DNA of 64,000 nucleotides from Eledone cirrhosa. Lineage: Eukaryota. Position numbers and translations under genes: made by a program. The DNA lies in the NCBI GenBank assembly GCA_964016885.1, contig OZ024752.1, forward strand, positions 38,936,001 through 39,000,000, read 5' to 3'. This document shows positions 37,711 to 50,875 of this stretch, one piece after another. The notes below the pieces were generated by a model. The model was given only the letters and a program-made list of their open reading frames with translations, ran no database searches and was not told the DNA's origin. Positions within the stretch are counted from its first letter, which is position 1; the number at the start of each line of letters is the position of its first letter.

Positions 37711-38387
37711 GTAAGAAGATTCACTAAATAAATAAAAAAAAAAAAAGCTTGCTGAATTTCTTTTCACTGACGCTTTGAAGAATATATGTATATATATGTA
37801 TATATATAAATATATATATAGAGAGAGAGATAGCATATTTAAGGAAAGAGAAAGAAAAGAAATAAGCCATCAACTGCATGTGCAAGTGCTCGTAACATTG
37901 TATGTAATTTAGTTGAAAAACCCGATAAGTTATATATGTTATTACGCACATATGTGAGAATAGAGATGCACGTTTCGAAAACTTTATGTATCTGTCGAAG
38001 TTTTTTTTGACAGATCTACGTTTGTAAACGTCCATATATACATACACGCACACCCAATTGATTCTTATTGAAAATTAACCTTTAGTAAAGTGATTTCACT
38101 TGGTGCATTATGAAAGAAATTTACGATAATCAGGCAGTGTAAAAGAAAGGACGAATTCTGTTGGCGGAAGGAGTTAACACGTTTTTCAAAATGGCAGACA
38201 AGCCGCGATGGAATAAAAGAAATACTTAGAGCAATCATTCATTTTGAAAATAGGCAGAAATGGTCTTAATATTAATCAGGTTAATTACCTTAATCAAAGA
38301 AAAATGTTTGTTCTATTAATTTTTTACCCACAGCATACACTCAATTTTTCACGTATACACGCGTACAATCAATTGCACGCTTTCTTC

Positions 38388-38441
<54 letters not shown>

Positions 38442-38887
38442 GCACCTCGCATTTATAAAATTGTTAGTTATTAATTCTAAAATCCATCGTTTGTTTCACC
38501 TCTTTTTTTAATTTTTTTTATTAACAAGGAAAAATGATTGCTATTAGTGTACATTTCTACATTCCAGTTCTCTTTCCCCCACCTCGTAATTCTAAAACTT
38601 TTTTTTTTTGCTTTAAAGACAGCAATTTTATGAAGAAATACTTCAATAAAAATGAGTATATATATAGATATACATACATAGCAAGGGTATATTTTTTGCT
38701 TATATATATATATATATATACACATATATATATTTATATTTATGATGAACGCATCTAAATTGTCTACGTATCGGTGTCATGTAGTTTGAAACACGTGTGT
38801 GTCCGTAAATGAATATCTGCGCAGGAATGCGCCTTAATATACAAGAAGAAAAAGTATGGCATTCAAGTGTTAGGATTTGTTAGTCAA

Positions 38888-38930
<43 letters not shown>

Positions 38931-40643
38931 TATTTTCACTCACTCTGGTGGCATTTATATATTGGTGCCAAACTGAAATTGTTACAATCCTTATTTAAAT
39001 TGTATGGAATATATTTCTAGAGATATTATCGTCAATTTTGTAAACTTCAGCCTTGGCCATTGTAATTTATCTAAAAAAAAAAAAAGCGATCGGGGGGCAA
39101 ACTCAAATAGCTTGAGTTATGTTGAAACTTTTACTCAGTAAAAGTAAATTACTTACTAAAAGCATATGAACATTGTCTTAAATAGGCTGCGCAGTGATAA
39201 ATCTTTTTGGATCCTACCTGATATTACACATCTTTCATAAGTAGTTTGATTATTTAGCTATTAACATGCACCTGGTGTACATTACTTTGATAAGTTGGAA
39301 ATAAAAACCTTATATCTATTATTAGTGTTGAATCTATCTAATATTTAATGTTGTGCTCTAGTTAGTTATATAGTTATATTGGCTATCAGAATTCTAAAAT
39401 GTTGCTTTTTTTTTTTTTATAAAGGTTATTTATTTAATTCGGCTTGATCTTTCGTTCCTGCTGTCTTTTTATAATAATTTCCTTGGTCATTTTAATCTGT
39501 TGATGGTGAGGATTTGATCGGTACGGCTTTGAAGAGTATATTTAGTGTTAATCTAGGTATGGAAATGTCGAAATGATCTTGATGGAAATTACTTGCTTCA
39601 TCCTAGTCTTATGTATATATAGTCAATTACCATGCCCCCCCTACTTTTTGCTGTCGTCATATTAAAACATGAAATTTAACCGGTGTATTAGACACTAGTT
39701 TTGGTGAATGTCAGGTGTCATGCTGTATGAAATAATAATAAAAAAAACAAAAAAACCCAAACCCGAAAAAACCCTCACTATACACGTGTTGAAATGTTTT
39801 TCTATTTCTTCATTTTTTTCTCTCGACATAGTAGAATCTGAGCTAAATATTTGGTTGTCTGTCTAACTGAGTTATTTTTTTTGTTTAAAAGAAGCATGAA
39901 TTTAGTTAAAGTTGACATGCAGATAATAGAAAACCAGACTAAATGATGTGTTGTATTTTAATTGTGAGAACTCTCGTCTGGATCGACTTTGATCTCATTT
40001 CAACGATGTCGATAATAATAGGTGTTAGTAATATACAGATGTTAATTCTATCGCATACCTTACACGTCCGTGTAAATTTAGATTAGTTTTCTTTTTCTTT
40101 TTTACTTTCCACAAGTTAACCTCCCTCTTTGCTTCTTTTTCTTTTCTAGTCTCTCTCCCACCCCCAGCAGTTCCCACTAATACCAAATTTGATTACATTT
40201 TTTAACACTAACTCTTACTACATAACTACAGTACATTTTAATTATGATCTCTATAGCATAAATAAACATCTGTTACTTTTATAATTAGATAGTGAATGAT
40301 TTATCATTTTTCAGTCATAGGGAAATAGATTTGCACATGTATTAAGTGATTTGACCATTTCTTGTAAATCCATTCATTTAATCATTCTATGCATATGAGG
40401 AGTTCAAAAGGTCACCATTAATGGTCACCTTGTTCTTAGTTTTTGACAATTTAAACTATTATTACTATGCCAACAAGTAACTACACACGGTTTTGTTTAA
40501 GATCATTTCTACTGTTCTTCACAGACCATGACCATGTCTTGACAGTGAAATCTCAGAGAGGTAAACATACCTGAGACATCTATCAGCTGATGTGTGCGTG
40601 TGAACATGATCGGTTGCTATGCGAATAGGGGAGTGTATGTATG

Positions 40644-40696
<53 letters not shown>

Positions 40697-41472
40697 ATAT
40701 ATATAGAGAGAGAGAATCTGCGGTGCTGAGACCGAGGACACCACTAATCATGAGAGTACTCTATGCATGGGGAGATGCAGAGTAGGTATAGAGATAACTA
40801 AAATGCCGACCTCTTGGTTATCTCCATGCCGCGGTCTGCATTTTATATCTATCTATCTATCTATCTATCTATCTTGTCCCCTTCTTTTGTGCCCCTGTGG
40901 CTAATAAAGAAATATATCTATCTCTATTATATATGTTGTATGTATAATGAGTTAATTTCCCTCCTTCAAATAGCTATGTGAACACATGATACAGATTCTT
41001 GGTGAGGGAGTGTAGCAGTATATATTTGGTAGAACACGTGCTGCTACACGAAGAAAGAAAAAGTTTTCTCTCCAAAATTTTTAGCCTTTTCTTTAGTTTA
41101 AAAAAATTTTTTTTTACCTTTTTTTTTCTGGATTTAACGTTAAACAATCATGCACAAATATTGAACTACACAATTGATCCACTGTATTGATATACAGTTA
41201 AACATAGCAGGGACGGTATAATTGTCCTGTACTTAGAGGAAAAACTTGATACTTACAGCAATAAAATTAAAATCCTTTAAATAGAACACACACAGCAATA
41301 AAATTGAAATTCTTTAAATAGAACTAACTATTGATGTGGTTCTTGTTAAAAATATTTGTGTAATATGTATTGTCAGTGGAAATTACTCACCTCTTATAAC
41401 TATTATGGCTGTTTAACAGCTTTAAACTTTATTTTTTTTTTATATCCTGTAACTTATATATGTATAGTATAT

Positions 41473-41647
41473 ATATTTATTAAAATAACAGATTAAAGTT
41501 TAAGCAAAGAATCGCTGCTTTCACCCTTAATAGGATCTTCTGAAACTAAAAAAGTCATGCATTGACTTTTTTAGTTTCAGAAGATCCCGTTAAGGGTGAA
41601 AGCAGCGATTCTTTGCTTAAACTTTAATCTGTTATTTTAATAAATAT
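41473..41647. mobile_element. Near-perfect palindrome (85-bp arms) carrying hammerhead-like motifs on both strands
   Basis: Arms 41473-41557 and 41563-41647; motif AGTTT-CAGAAGA-tCCC..GGGt-GAAAGCA..TGCTT-AAACT. Confidence 0.8.
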
Positions 41648-42348
41648 TTGCTCTACGGTTCATATATATTTGATATATATTTATCCTTATCGAGCCCTCT
41701 TTGGATTTTAGTCTTCAAATTTATTATTATTACTATATATATATATATATATTTAAACTGCTTCATGGTAATGTATATACAAACACGTGTGTGTGTACAT
41801 ATATACATATGTATATAGTTTAGTAAAAAGGTCAAATACTACAAATGTATATTTCTCTCTTATAGGAGACTGTCAAGCGTTGACAATGAATGCGTCAGCC
41901 CCCCCCCCCCCCCAACACACACACAGGAGAGACAAATATACATTTCTAACATTTGACAGTTTTACTACATATTTACTGTGTTAAAGTTGAGTTTATTCTT
42001 TAGTAGGTTCACCCTGTTCTCTCTCTCTGTATGTATATATGTATATATGTATATATATATATATATATATACTGGTTGTCTGCTCAATACAAAGCTTGAC
42101 CACTCCAGTTCTGGCATGAGATCTTGTGTGGCTTTTTAGACCAGATGCACTTTTAAAAAGCTGTCCACATAAATTGCATATTAGTTTTGGTGCAGCTTGG
42201 ACTGCTTGTGTATCTTGATGAACCTTGAAATGTCTCTTTAGACCTTGAGATTTGTGTGCATCATCATCATCATCATTTTATGTCCACTTTTCCCTGCTTG
42301 CAAGGGTGGGACGGGAACTGATTCTGGCTTGATTTCTACAGCTGGATG

Positions 42349-42553
42349 CCCTTCTTAACACCAACCTCATTTACAGTGAGTGCTGGGTGCCCTTCTTAAC
42401 ACCAACCTCATTTACAGTGAGTGCTGGGTGCCCTTCTTAACACCAACCTCATTTACAGTGAGTGCTGGGTGCCCTTCCTAACACCAACCTCATTTACAGT
42501 GAGTGCTGGGTGCCCTTCCTAACACCAACCTCATTTACAGTGAGTGCTGGGTG
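42349..42553. repeat. 41-bp tandem repeat x5 inside a family-B SINE
   Basis: CCCTTC(T/C)TAACACCAACCTCATTTACAGTGAGTGCTGGGTG repeated. Confidence 0.92.
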
Positions 42554-43589
42554 CTTTTTTGCCGTGGCACCTCCACAACCACTTTGCAGTGGAATGATAT
42601 GGACCCCAGTCCCTATCATCTCATTTCTACAGCTGAGTAAACTGGAGCAATGTGAAATAAAGTGTCTTGCTCAAGGAAACAACACATCACCCGGTCTGAG
42701 AATTGAACTCACAACCTTTCGATTGCAAAGCCAATGCTCTAACCACTAAGCCATCATCATCATCATCATCATCATCAACGTTTAACGTCCGTGTTCCACG
42801 CTTGCATGGGTTTGGACGGGGGTAGTCCCACTTGAGGCAAGAGTGATTGTCTTGCTCGCATAGGACTGTCTGGCAGGTTTTCTACAGTTGGATGCCCTTC
42901 CTAACACCAACCACATTTACAGTGTGGGTCTGGGAGGTTTTTACCGTGTTGCCTACACGGCCACATTACAGCGTGGACTGTCTGGCGGGTTTTCTACAGC
43001 TGGATGCCCTTCCTAACACCAACCACATTTACAGTGTGGGTCTGGGAGGTTTTTACCGTGTTGCCTACACGGCCACATTACAGCGTGGACTGTGTGTTTT
43101 TTTGTCGTGACACCTACACGATCTCATTTGTTTCGGCCTGGATGGCGCGGCACCAACATAACTTTACATAGAACGGGGTGGTGTGGATGGGTGGGGGTGG
43201 TGGCCATGTGTATATAAATATATATATACATATACACTCTGTTGAAATGATAGGAGCTCAGCTGCTGTGTCCTGACTCTTTATAATATAGCCATGGTCTA
43301 ACTAGTTTTAAACTGGTTCTTGTTTGCTTTTCCATGTTGCCATGGGTTGGACAGTAATTTTTATGATAGTGTCTTAAGGCTTGATGCTCTTCCTAGCACT
43401 AACCCAACACCACAGTGGGATGTAGAGTACTTGTTCTAAAACCAGGATGCTCACAGGAAGTAAGAGGATAGGAAATGTTCTGCAGTGTGAGGTGTTCAGG
43501 ATTACAAGGCAGTGTAGTAGAGAGAACCGAGTCATTATTAGGCCAGAAGTGTGTGTGTGTAAAAACAGTACACTTTATTCTTGCTGATA

Positions 43590-45240
43590 GTGAAAAGAAA
43601 ATGACATGGGAGTACTATTGTGAGAGGTTGTTAGATAAAGAGAATGCAGGAGAGAGGGCCTTAACAAAGGGAACAACCATAACAGTTGACAGTGTGGTAG
43701 CATGTACAATTAAAGTTGGGAAGGTAGCTGGTCTATCAGGGATTGTTGCTGAATTCATTCAATTATCTAGTGGAATAGTGTACAGGTTAGTCACATAATA
43801 GTTAACCAGATAATACAGAAAGGTGTGTTAGCCAATGATTGGCAGAGCAGCAGCATCAAACTGCTATATAGTCAAAGATGATGCATTAGAGCAAGGTAAT
43901 TACAGAGGCATCAAACTGTTGGACCAGGCTATGCTGGTTAGGAACAGAATTAGCCTTGATGAGATGCAGTTTGGCATTGTACTGGAGTGAGTTACCATTT
44001 ATTCCATCATCTTTGTAAGACAACTGTCAGAGATATACTTAGCTTTTGTTGACCTAGAAAAGTCATTTGACAGTTCCATATTCTGTATGTAATCTGGTGG
44101 TTGCTAAGGAATTTAGGCATAGATGAATGACTTGTGAGTGCTGTGTAAGCCATGTGCTGACTGAGGTGCAGTCAGCAATGAGTTCAGTGAGGAATTTACT
44201 GTTTCAGTCCTTTGCTCCCTTCTGTCTTCCAGACTATCCCAGAGGAATTTAACTGGACTGTCCATAGAAGAACTTATATGTTGATGACCTAGTTCTTATA
44301 ACAGAATCTGTAGAAGTCTTATAGAAGAAATTCCAGATGTGTATGCTGATGACCTAGAACCAAAAGGCCTCAAAGTAAACTTAGAAAAGACTTAGTTTTA
44401 GTAAGTAGGGAAGACAAGTTCTTGATACTATTACATTACATGATAGTGCCTGATATGCAGAAAGAAAATAGCAGGTAGAAATTCCATACTGTGTACTGTA
44501 CTCGGTATGTACAATGGATGCACAAGAGTTGTAGTAGGATCACAGGTAGGCTAACAGGAGGTAGACTTTGTATGTGGCAGATGTACAGGAACAGTAAGCA
44601 CATTAAAAAAAATTCTCAAATGACCGGAAGGTTCACTAGAGGTAGTTGATAGCTTTTATTACCTTGGTGACCTAATTAGAGGTGGTGGATGTACTTTAAG
44701 CAAAGTAGCTAAAGTAAGAACCGGGTGGAAAATTCAAGGAGCAGTTACACTCTTGACAACAAATTCCCCCCAGTTTAAAGGGTAGATTGTGTAGAAAGTA
44801 TGTTGCTACATGGTAGTGACACCCGAGTCTTAGATTTTTGATGGCTGGAAATAAATGAAGCAAGATTGCTCTGCTGGGTGTGTAATGTTAGAGTGCATGT
44901 ATGGAGGAGTACAGCTGTGCTGAGAGAAAAGCAAGATATAAGGAATCAAATGCAGTGTATAAGAATGGCGATTGCTGTTGTATAAGAATGGCGATTGCTG
45001 TTGTATAAGAATGGCGATTGCTGTTGTATAAGAATGGCGATTGCTGTTGTATAAGAATGGGGACTGCTGTTGTATAAGAATGGCGATTGCTGTTGTATAA
45101 GAATGTGGACTGCTGTTGTGTGATGCATATAGAGGATATGTCAGTTATATAAAGTGTTGAGAGATTGAAGTAGATGGAACCTTTGAAAGCAGATCAAGGA
45201 TGACATGAGGGTATGCTGACCATTTGAAGATAAGGGCTTG
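43590..45240 (+). pseudogene. Decayed RTE-clade LINE reverse transcriptase
   Basis: Ordered motifs NYRGIKLLDQAM, LDEMQFG, LAFVDLEKSFD, LYVDDL, GLKVNLEK, a Cys-rich insert (WMHKSC..FVCGRC) and LEVVDSFYYLGDLI, with many stops. Confidence 0.85.
44956..45120. repeat. 23-bp tandem repeat (~7 copies) within the LINE remnant
   Basis: TGTATAAGAATGGCGATTGCTGT repeated. Confidence 0.9.
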
Positions 45241-45537
45241 AGATGACTGATGACATGCTTGTATTCACTCTTCCTCACACCATCACTCAGTATCAATCTA
45301 CCTTTCACCATCACCTTTTTAGCACTACACCCACTGTCAACCATCTCCCTCAACACCAAACTCCCATCGTGGATCTTTAATGAAGAATGGCATTGGATCT
45401 GTCCTTATTGAACACTATCACCATCTATCGCCCATGGATCTGATATTTACCACTCAACTCTTCACCAATATGTTATCACTTGCATTTATATTCAATAACA
45501 TTATTTTCTAAGGATCATCTATTTTTTTTATTTTTAT

Positions 45538-45866
45538 TTCCCATGAGTTTTTCTACCATCACACACCCTTATTGCTATTTCCCACAAGTTTTTCTACCAT
45601 CACACACCCTTATTACTATTTCCCACAAGTTTTTCTACCACCACACATCCTTATTACTATTTCCCACAAGCTTTTCTACCACCACACATCCTTACTGCTA
45701 TTTCCCACAAGTTTGTCTACCACCAAACATCCTTACTTCTATTTCCCACAAGTTTGTCTACCACCACACATCCTTATTGCTATTTCCCACAAGTTTGTCT
45801 ACCACCACACATCCTTATTGCTATTTCCCACAAGTTTGTCTACCACCACACATCCTTATTGCTACT
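45538..45866. repeat. 41-bp tandem repeat (~8 copies)
   Basis: TTCCCACAAGTTT(T/G)TCTACCACCACACATCCTTATTGCTAT. Confidence 0.92.
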
Positions 45867-46329
45867 CCATGTTCACATTGACCATGCTATCTTCTAAAAC
45901 ACAAACACCAATATGTAGCTACCACTGTCCTCACAATGCCAACTTACCAATATTTTCCTTGTCACTCATATTTACACTCTGCTTTCAACCTATTGGTCCC
46001 CCCCCCCCCCCAAGCTATAAAGTATTCCACTGCCTGAGAGTTTGATTAGAAGGGGGGGGGAGGGGGAACAACCTCTCTAATGACATACTCTGTATTATTT
46101 CATTTAAGATGGTTCATATATAAAATTGTTGGAAGATTTTTGTACTCTTTAAAATGGGGGATTTTGTTTCATAGAACCAGTCGGTTTTGGCTTATGAAAG
46201 AATATAGTAGCGAAAGAATTAAACAAGTTCAGAAATCTTTCAATAGGAACCATATTGATAAAGAATCTCCATTTAGAGAAATAGTAGGAGGGCTGGGAGT
46301 AACAGCTTGTTGAATGAAGAAAGGGAGAG

Positions 46330-46900
46330 ATGTAGTACATCAGTGTCTTTTTCAGGAAAATGTGCCACCTATTTTGGTGTAATAACTAGAAGCCCAAGGA
46401 TTTTTCAAGTTCCTTTTTAGAAGTAGGAACTTCAAAGCATTTAAGAGGGAGCATCTTAACAGGATCCAATGGTATTTTGTGGTCTTGTGGTCTATAAAAA
46501 AAATGCACATTTTTTTTTAGTATGAGTTATATGTAAATCTTTGATACATGACATAAATACTCGTAGATTTGTCATAATCTTTCATGGAGTTACTGCATAC
46601 AATGGTATTTAAGTATGAGCTGGTAGATTCAAGAATATTTTGCAAGACAATTTGGTTAATCACTCATTGAAAACATGTCACTGTAAAGCCAAATGGAAGT
46701 CTTGTCGACTGGTTTGAAAAGCAGTATAAGGTTGGTCTTTAATGGCTAGTGGTAGTTGGTAATAGGTATGTTTCATATCAACCAAGCTAAGATATAGGTG
46801 CTGTGATATAGTAGGCATATCAATGGCAATCACTGGAAAGACATGATAAGGAGGATTAGAAAATCAATGACAAGATTTTGCATTTGGGGTTAGATTATCG
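46330..46900 (-). pseudogene. Decayed Ty3/Gypsy pol (RT and connection)
   Basis: Minus-strand remnants TYYQLPLAIKDQPYTAF, TRLPFGFT and KKCAF...DPVKMLPLKCFEVPTSKKELEKSLGF..SYY. Confidence 0.75.
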
Positions 46901-48848
46901 AAGAGTGTAACAGGTTGGATTTTAAGGCACTCTAACATCACTAGAGAGGCTTTAGGGCCAGTAAACTTAAATGTTATTGAATGTTGAGACAGGAAATTCT
47001 ATCTAATTAGAACTTGTGTCACAGTGACTGCTGTTTCTGTAACTTTTCAACATACTGAATGTCAACTTTACATATTCCTATAATTCAATAATTAGAGTAA
47101 ATTCTGCTTAGCAATATCTACTTTGATAAAGTTGAGTGATTTCACTTTGAAATAATGCTTGCATTAATTGGTAATTACAATACTAACAAATGCATGAGAC
47201 ATGACTGGGGCTCCTAGTGGTAAGAAACTCTCAGGAGAGCTGGACAGCAGGTCTTTAGCGAAGAAAATCGCCCTCAAGTAAGTGTTTCGGCCCTTAAATT
47301 GTTACACTCTAGGGTAGAGGAGCACCCAGGTCATTATTTCTTCTATGAGATTTTTATATTATTTATCTTGAGAATACCTTAACATCAGTATGCGTGGCCG
47401 GTTACAGCCAGTTTGAACAGACTGAGGTGAGAGAATTTTTGCCACATACAACCGGGTTAAAACATTTAAGAAATCTGATGCAGTCTCATAGGAAGCTGAT
47501 GAAATCTGTGCAGATGTGAGCTGTAACAATAACATAGGACAAGGAATATTCCAGTAAAGTAGAGAAAAAATTAATGTATTGGAGATTAAATTACAGCATT
47601 TTCTGAGCTCATTTTACAATTTGCACACCTGTGAAAATGGCCTGTTTCCTCATATTTACGATATCTCTCGCTGGATCTGTTCTATCAAATTCACTCCCTC
47701 TTACCATAAAAAACATTTTTGAGACATAACTGAAATAGCTTTCTGGTTGGTGTTCCTTTGTAACAGTGGTAGGTAGTATTTATGTTCTGGTATGTGATAC
47801 TGTTTCTATGTCTAGCATATCTTTTTAGTTGTCAATTGAAAGAAACTAGAATCACAACTGGTAGATCTAATATTTTTCTTTTGGGCACCAATAGTTGGAA
47901 TTAATTTTATTTCTTAGCCCCTTTAATCCCAACAAACAGCAAATATGGTACTATTTATTTCATTGTGAAACATTGTGACATGTAAAGTTTGAACATGACA
48001 ACACATTTGACTGAATCCAGTTCACATTTGTATGTTCCTCCAACACTGAACTATTTGTAAACCTAGACATAAGGCCAGAAATATTTTTGTGAGGTGGGGT
48101 TGGGTGGGTTATCAATTAGATCAACATCTATATTTTGGTTGGTACTTTTATTTTATTGATCCCGGAAGGATGAAAGTCAAAGTTAACCATGGCATAATTT
48201 AGAATCAGAACATAAAAAGATTGAACAAATGTCACGAGGTACTTTGCCGGATGCTCTAACGATTCTGCCAATCTACTGTCCTAAATAATAATAATAATTG
48301 TTTCTACTTTAGGCACAAGGCCAGCAAATACCCAGTGCATTACTGGTACTTTATTTTATCGACCCCATAAGGATGAAAGGCAAAGTCAACCTCGGTGGGA
48401 TTTGAACTCAGATCGTAAAGGGACGCAACTATGCTGGAAAGCATGGCGTCCGACCCTCTACCGATACTGCCAATTCACCACCTGTATAAATAATAAATAA
48501 TAATAATAATGATTTCTAGTATAGTCACAAGACCAGTAATTTGGGAGGAGTGGAAAGTCGATTAAATTGACCCCAGTATGTTGCTGGTGCTTTATTTTAT
48601 CGACCCCGTAAGGATGAAAGGCAAAATTAACCTTGGCGGGATTTGAACTCAGACCGTAAAGGACTGTAATTCTATGCTGCAAGGCATGGTGTCCAACTCT
48701 ACCGATACTGCCAATCTACTGCCCTTAGTTTCCACAAGGAAAACGTAATCTTTTGTTTAGTTTTCTACTTTTGGCACAAGGCCAGCAGAAGGGGAGGGGA
48801 AAGTCAGTTAAATCGACCCCATAAAGTTACTAGTATTTTCCCCATAGG

Positions 48849-49224
48849 TTCGCATTTAGAAATCTAACTCAAAATATTAAGAAAATCTACAAAATATAGC
48901 TTTAAATCTCGTTTGGAGGAGAGGAGGGGAGCACAAATTCTAAAAAAGAAAATTTTTAATTTAAATAAAGATTATCTGGTTATAAAAATGCCCAAGTAGG
49001 TATTTGAGATTCAAGTCTTTGCCTTTCATTTTCCCCATAAAAATGAAAGGCAAAGACTTGAATCTCAAATACCTACTTGGGCATTTTTATAACCAGATAA
49101 TCTTTATTTAAATTAAAAATTTTTTTTTTTTAGAATTTGTGCTCCCCTCCTCTCCTCCAAACGAGATTTAAAGCTATATTTTGTAGATTTTCTTAATATT
49201 TTGAGTTAGATTTCTAAATGCGAA
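48849..49224. repeat. Near-perfect palindrome, ~184-bp arms, 7-nt loop
   Basis: 48849-49032 is the reverse complement of 49040-49224, differing only in an A/T run. Confidence 0.95.
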
Positions 49225-49847
49225 ACTATTTCATAAAGCATTTAACTATTTCGTTGGGTATTTTATAAAGAACAACTTCTCACCGATAGTCTGTTAAAAC
49301 AATTTAACCAGCTACTTTTAATTGTAGATTAGATAGCAAAATAAAAATTATAGTAATGAGGTGGGGCTGGGAGCAGTGATTGGAATTTTTAATCATCTGT
49401 TTAGCATGCTTACAACCACAATACTAATATATTTTTCTTCTGAAATTTGAAGGCATGAATGGGAAGTTTAACCCTTTATCATTTACATTACTCTATATTT
49501 ACTATTATATTTTCACAGTAAACATTTTCTCATAATCATCTCACATAATATCGAATCTATGAGATTTTGATATCACTTATTTTGTGAATAATACGTTAAT
49601 GTTGGATGAGCAGCTGATTACGTCTGTTTGAACAGAAAGAGGCGAGAGAACTCTGGCCGGTTTAAATGCTAAAGGGTTGACCCTTTTGTTGCCATATTGC
49701 CTATGGTTTTGAAAATTGTGGAGTCTTGGATTTGTTGAGAAGGGGTGTAAAAGGTAGTTGCAGTCTAGTGAGTAGACAGCCTTCATATATATATGTATAA
49801 ATATATACTAGTTTATGTTCCATGCCAGTCTATGGCTATGGTGGGTA

Positions 49848-49896
<49 letters not shown>

Positions 49897-50341
49897 CCTC
49901 CCCCCATTAACACCACCCTTTTCTCTGTAAAGTTATGTTAGTACCACAACATCCAGTCCTAAATAAATGGGGTCGTATAAGTGTCACAACAAAAAAAAAC
50001 AAAAACACACAGTCCACGCTGTAATGTGGCCGTGTAGGTAACACAGTAAAAGCCTCCCAGTCCACACTGTAAACGTGGTTGGTGTGTTAGGAAGGGCATC
50101 CAGCCGTAGAAAACCTGCCAGACAGTCCTATATGAGCGAGATGACCAATCTTGCCTCAAGTGGGAAAATTCCCGTCTAAACCCATGCTCGCGTGGAAGAT
50201 AGATGTTAAACGATGATGATGATACACACATGCACACACACACATGCATGTACATACATGATGGACTTGTTCAGTTTTCAGCTCCCAAATATTACTGAAG
50301 CCAAAGGCTATAGACATTTGCCACGCAGTAAGAATGAATCA

Positions 50342-50875
50342 AGAGCCACATGGTTGCGACGTGTACTTCTTAACCATAACCTAGAGCCACATGGTTGTGA
50401 AGTGTACTTAACCATAACCTAGAGCCACATGGTTGTGAAGTGTACTTAACCATAACCTAGAGCCACATGAGTGTGAAGTGTACTAAACCATAACCTAGAG
50501 CCACATGGTTGTGAAGTGTACTTAACCATAACCTAGAACCACATGGTTGTGAAGTGTACTTCTTAACCATAACCTAGAACCACATGGTTGTGAAGTGTAC
50601 TTCTTAACCATAACCTAGAGCCACATGGTTGTGAGGTGTACTAAACCATAACCTAGAGCCACATGGTTGTGAAGTGTACTTAACCATAACCTAGAGCCAC
50701 ATGAGTGTGAAGTGTACTAAACCATAACCTAGAGCCACATGGTTGTGAAGTGTACTTCACCATAACCTAGAGCCACATGAGTGTGAAGTGTACTTAACCA
50801 TAACCTAGAGCCACATGGTTGTGAAGTGTACTTAACCATAACCTAGAGCCACATGGTTGTGAAGTGTACTTAACC
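50342..50875. repeat. ~38-bp tandem repeat (~14 copies)
   Basis: ACCTAGAGCCACATGGTTGTGAAGTGTACTTAACCATA with 37-41-bp variants. Confidence 0.93.

Noticed and set aside
47495-47530. CTGATGA followed by a hairpin (similar cases at 4543, 5211 and 58175)
   Set aside because: No correctly placed GAAA, UH site and stem I, so not hammerheads.
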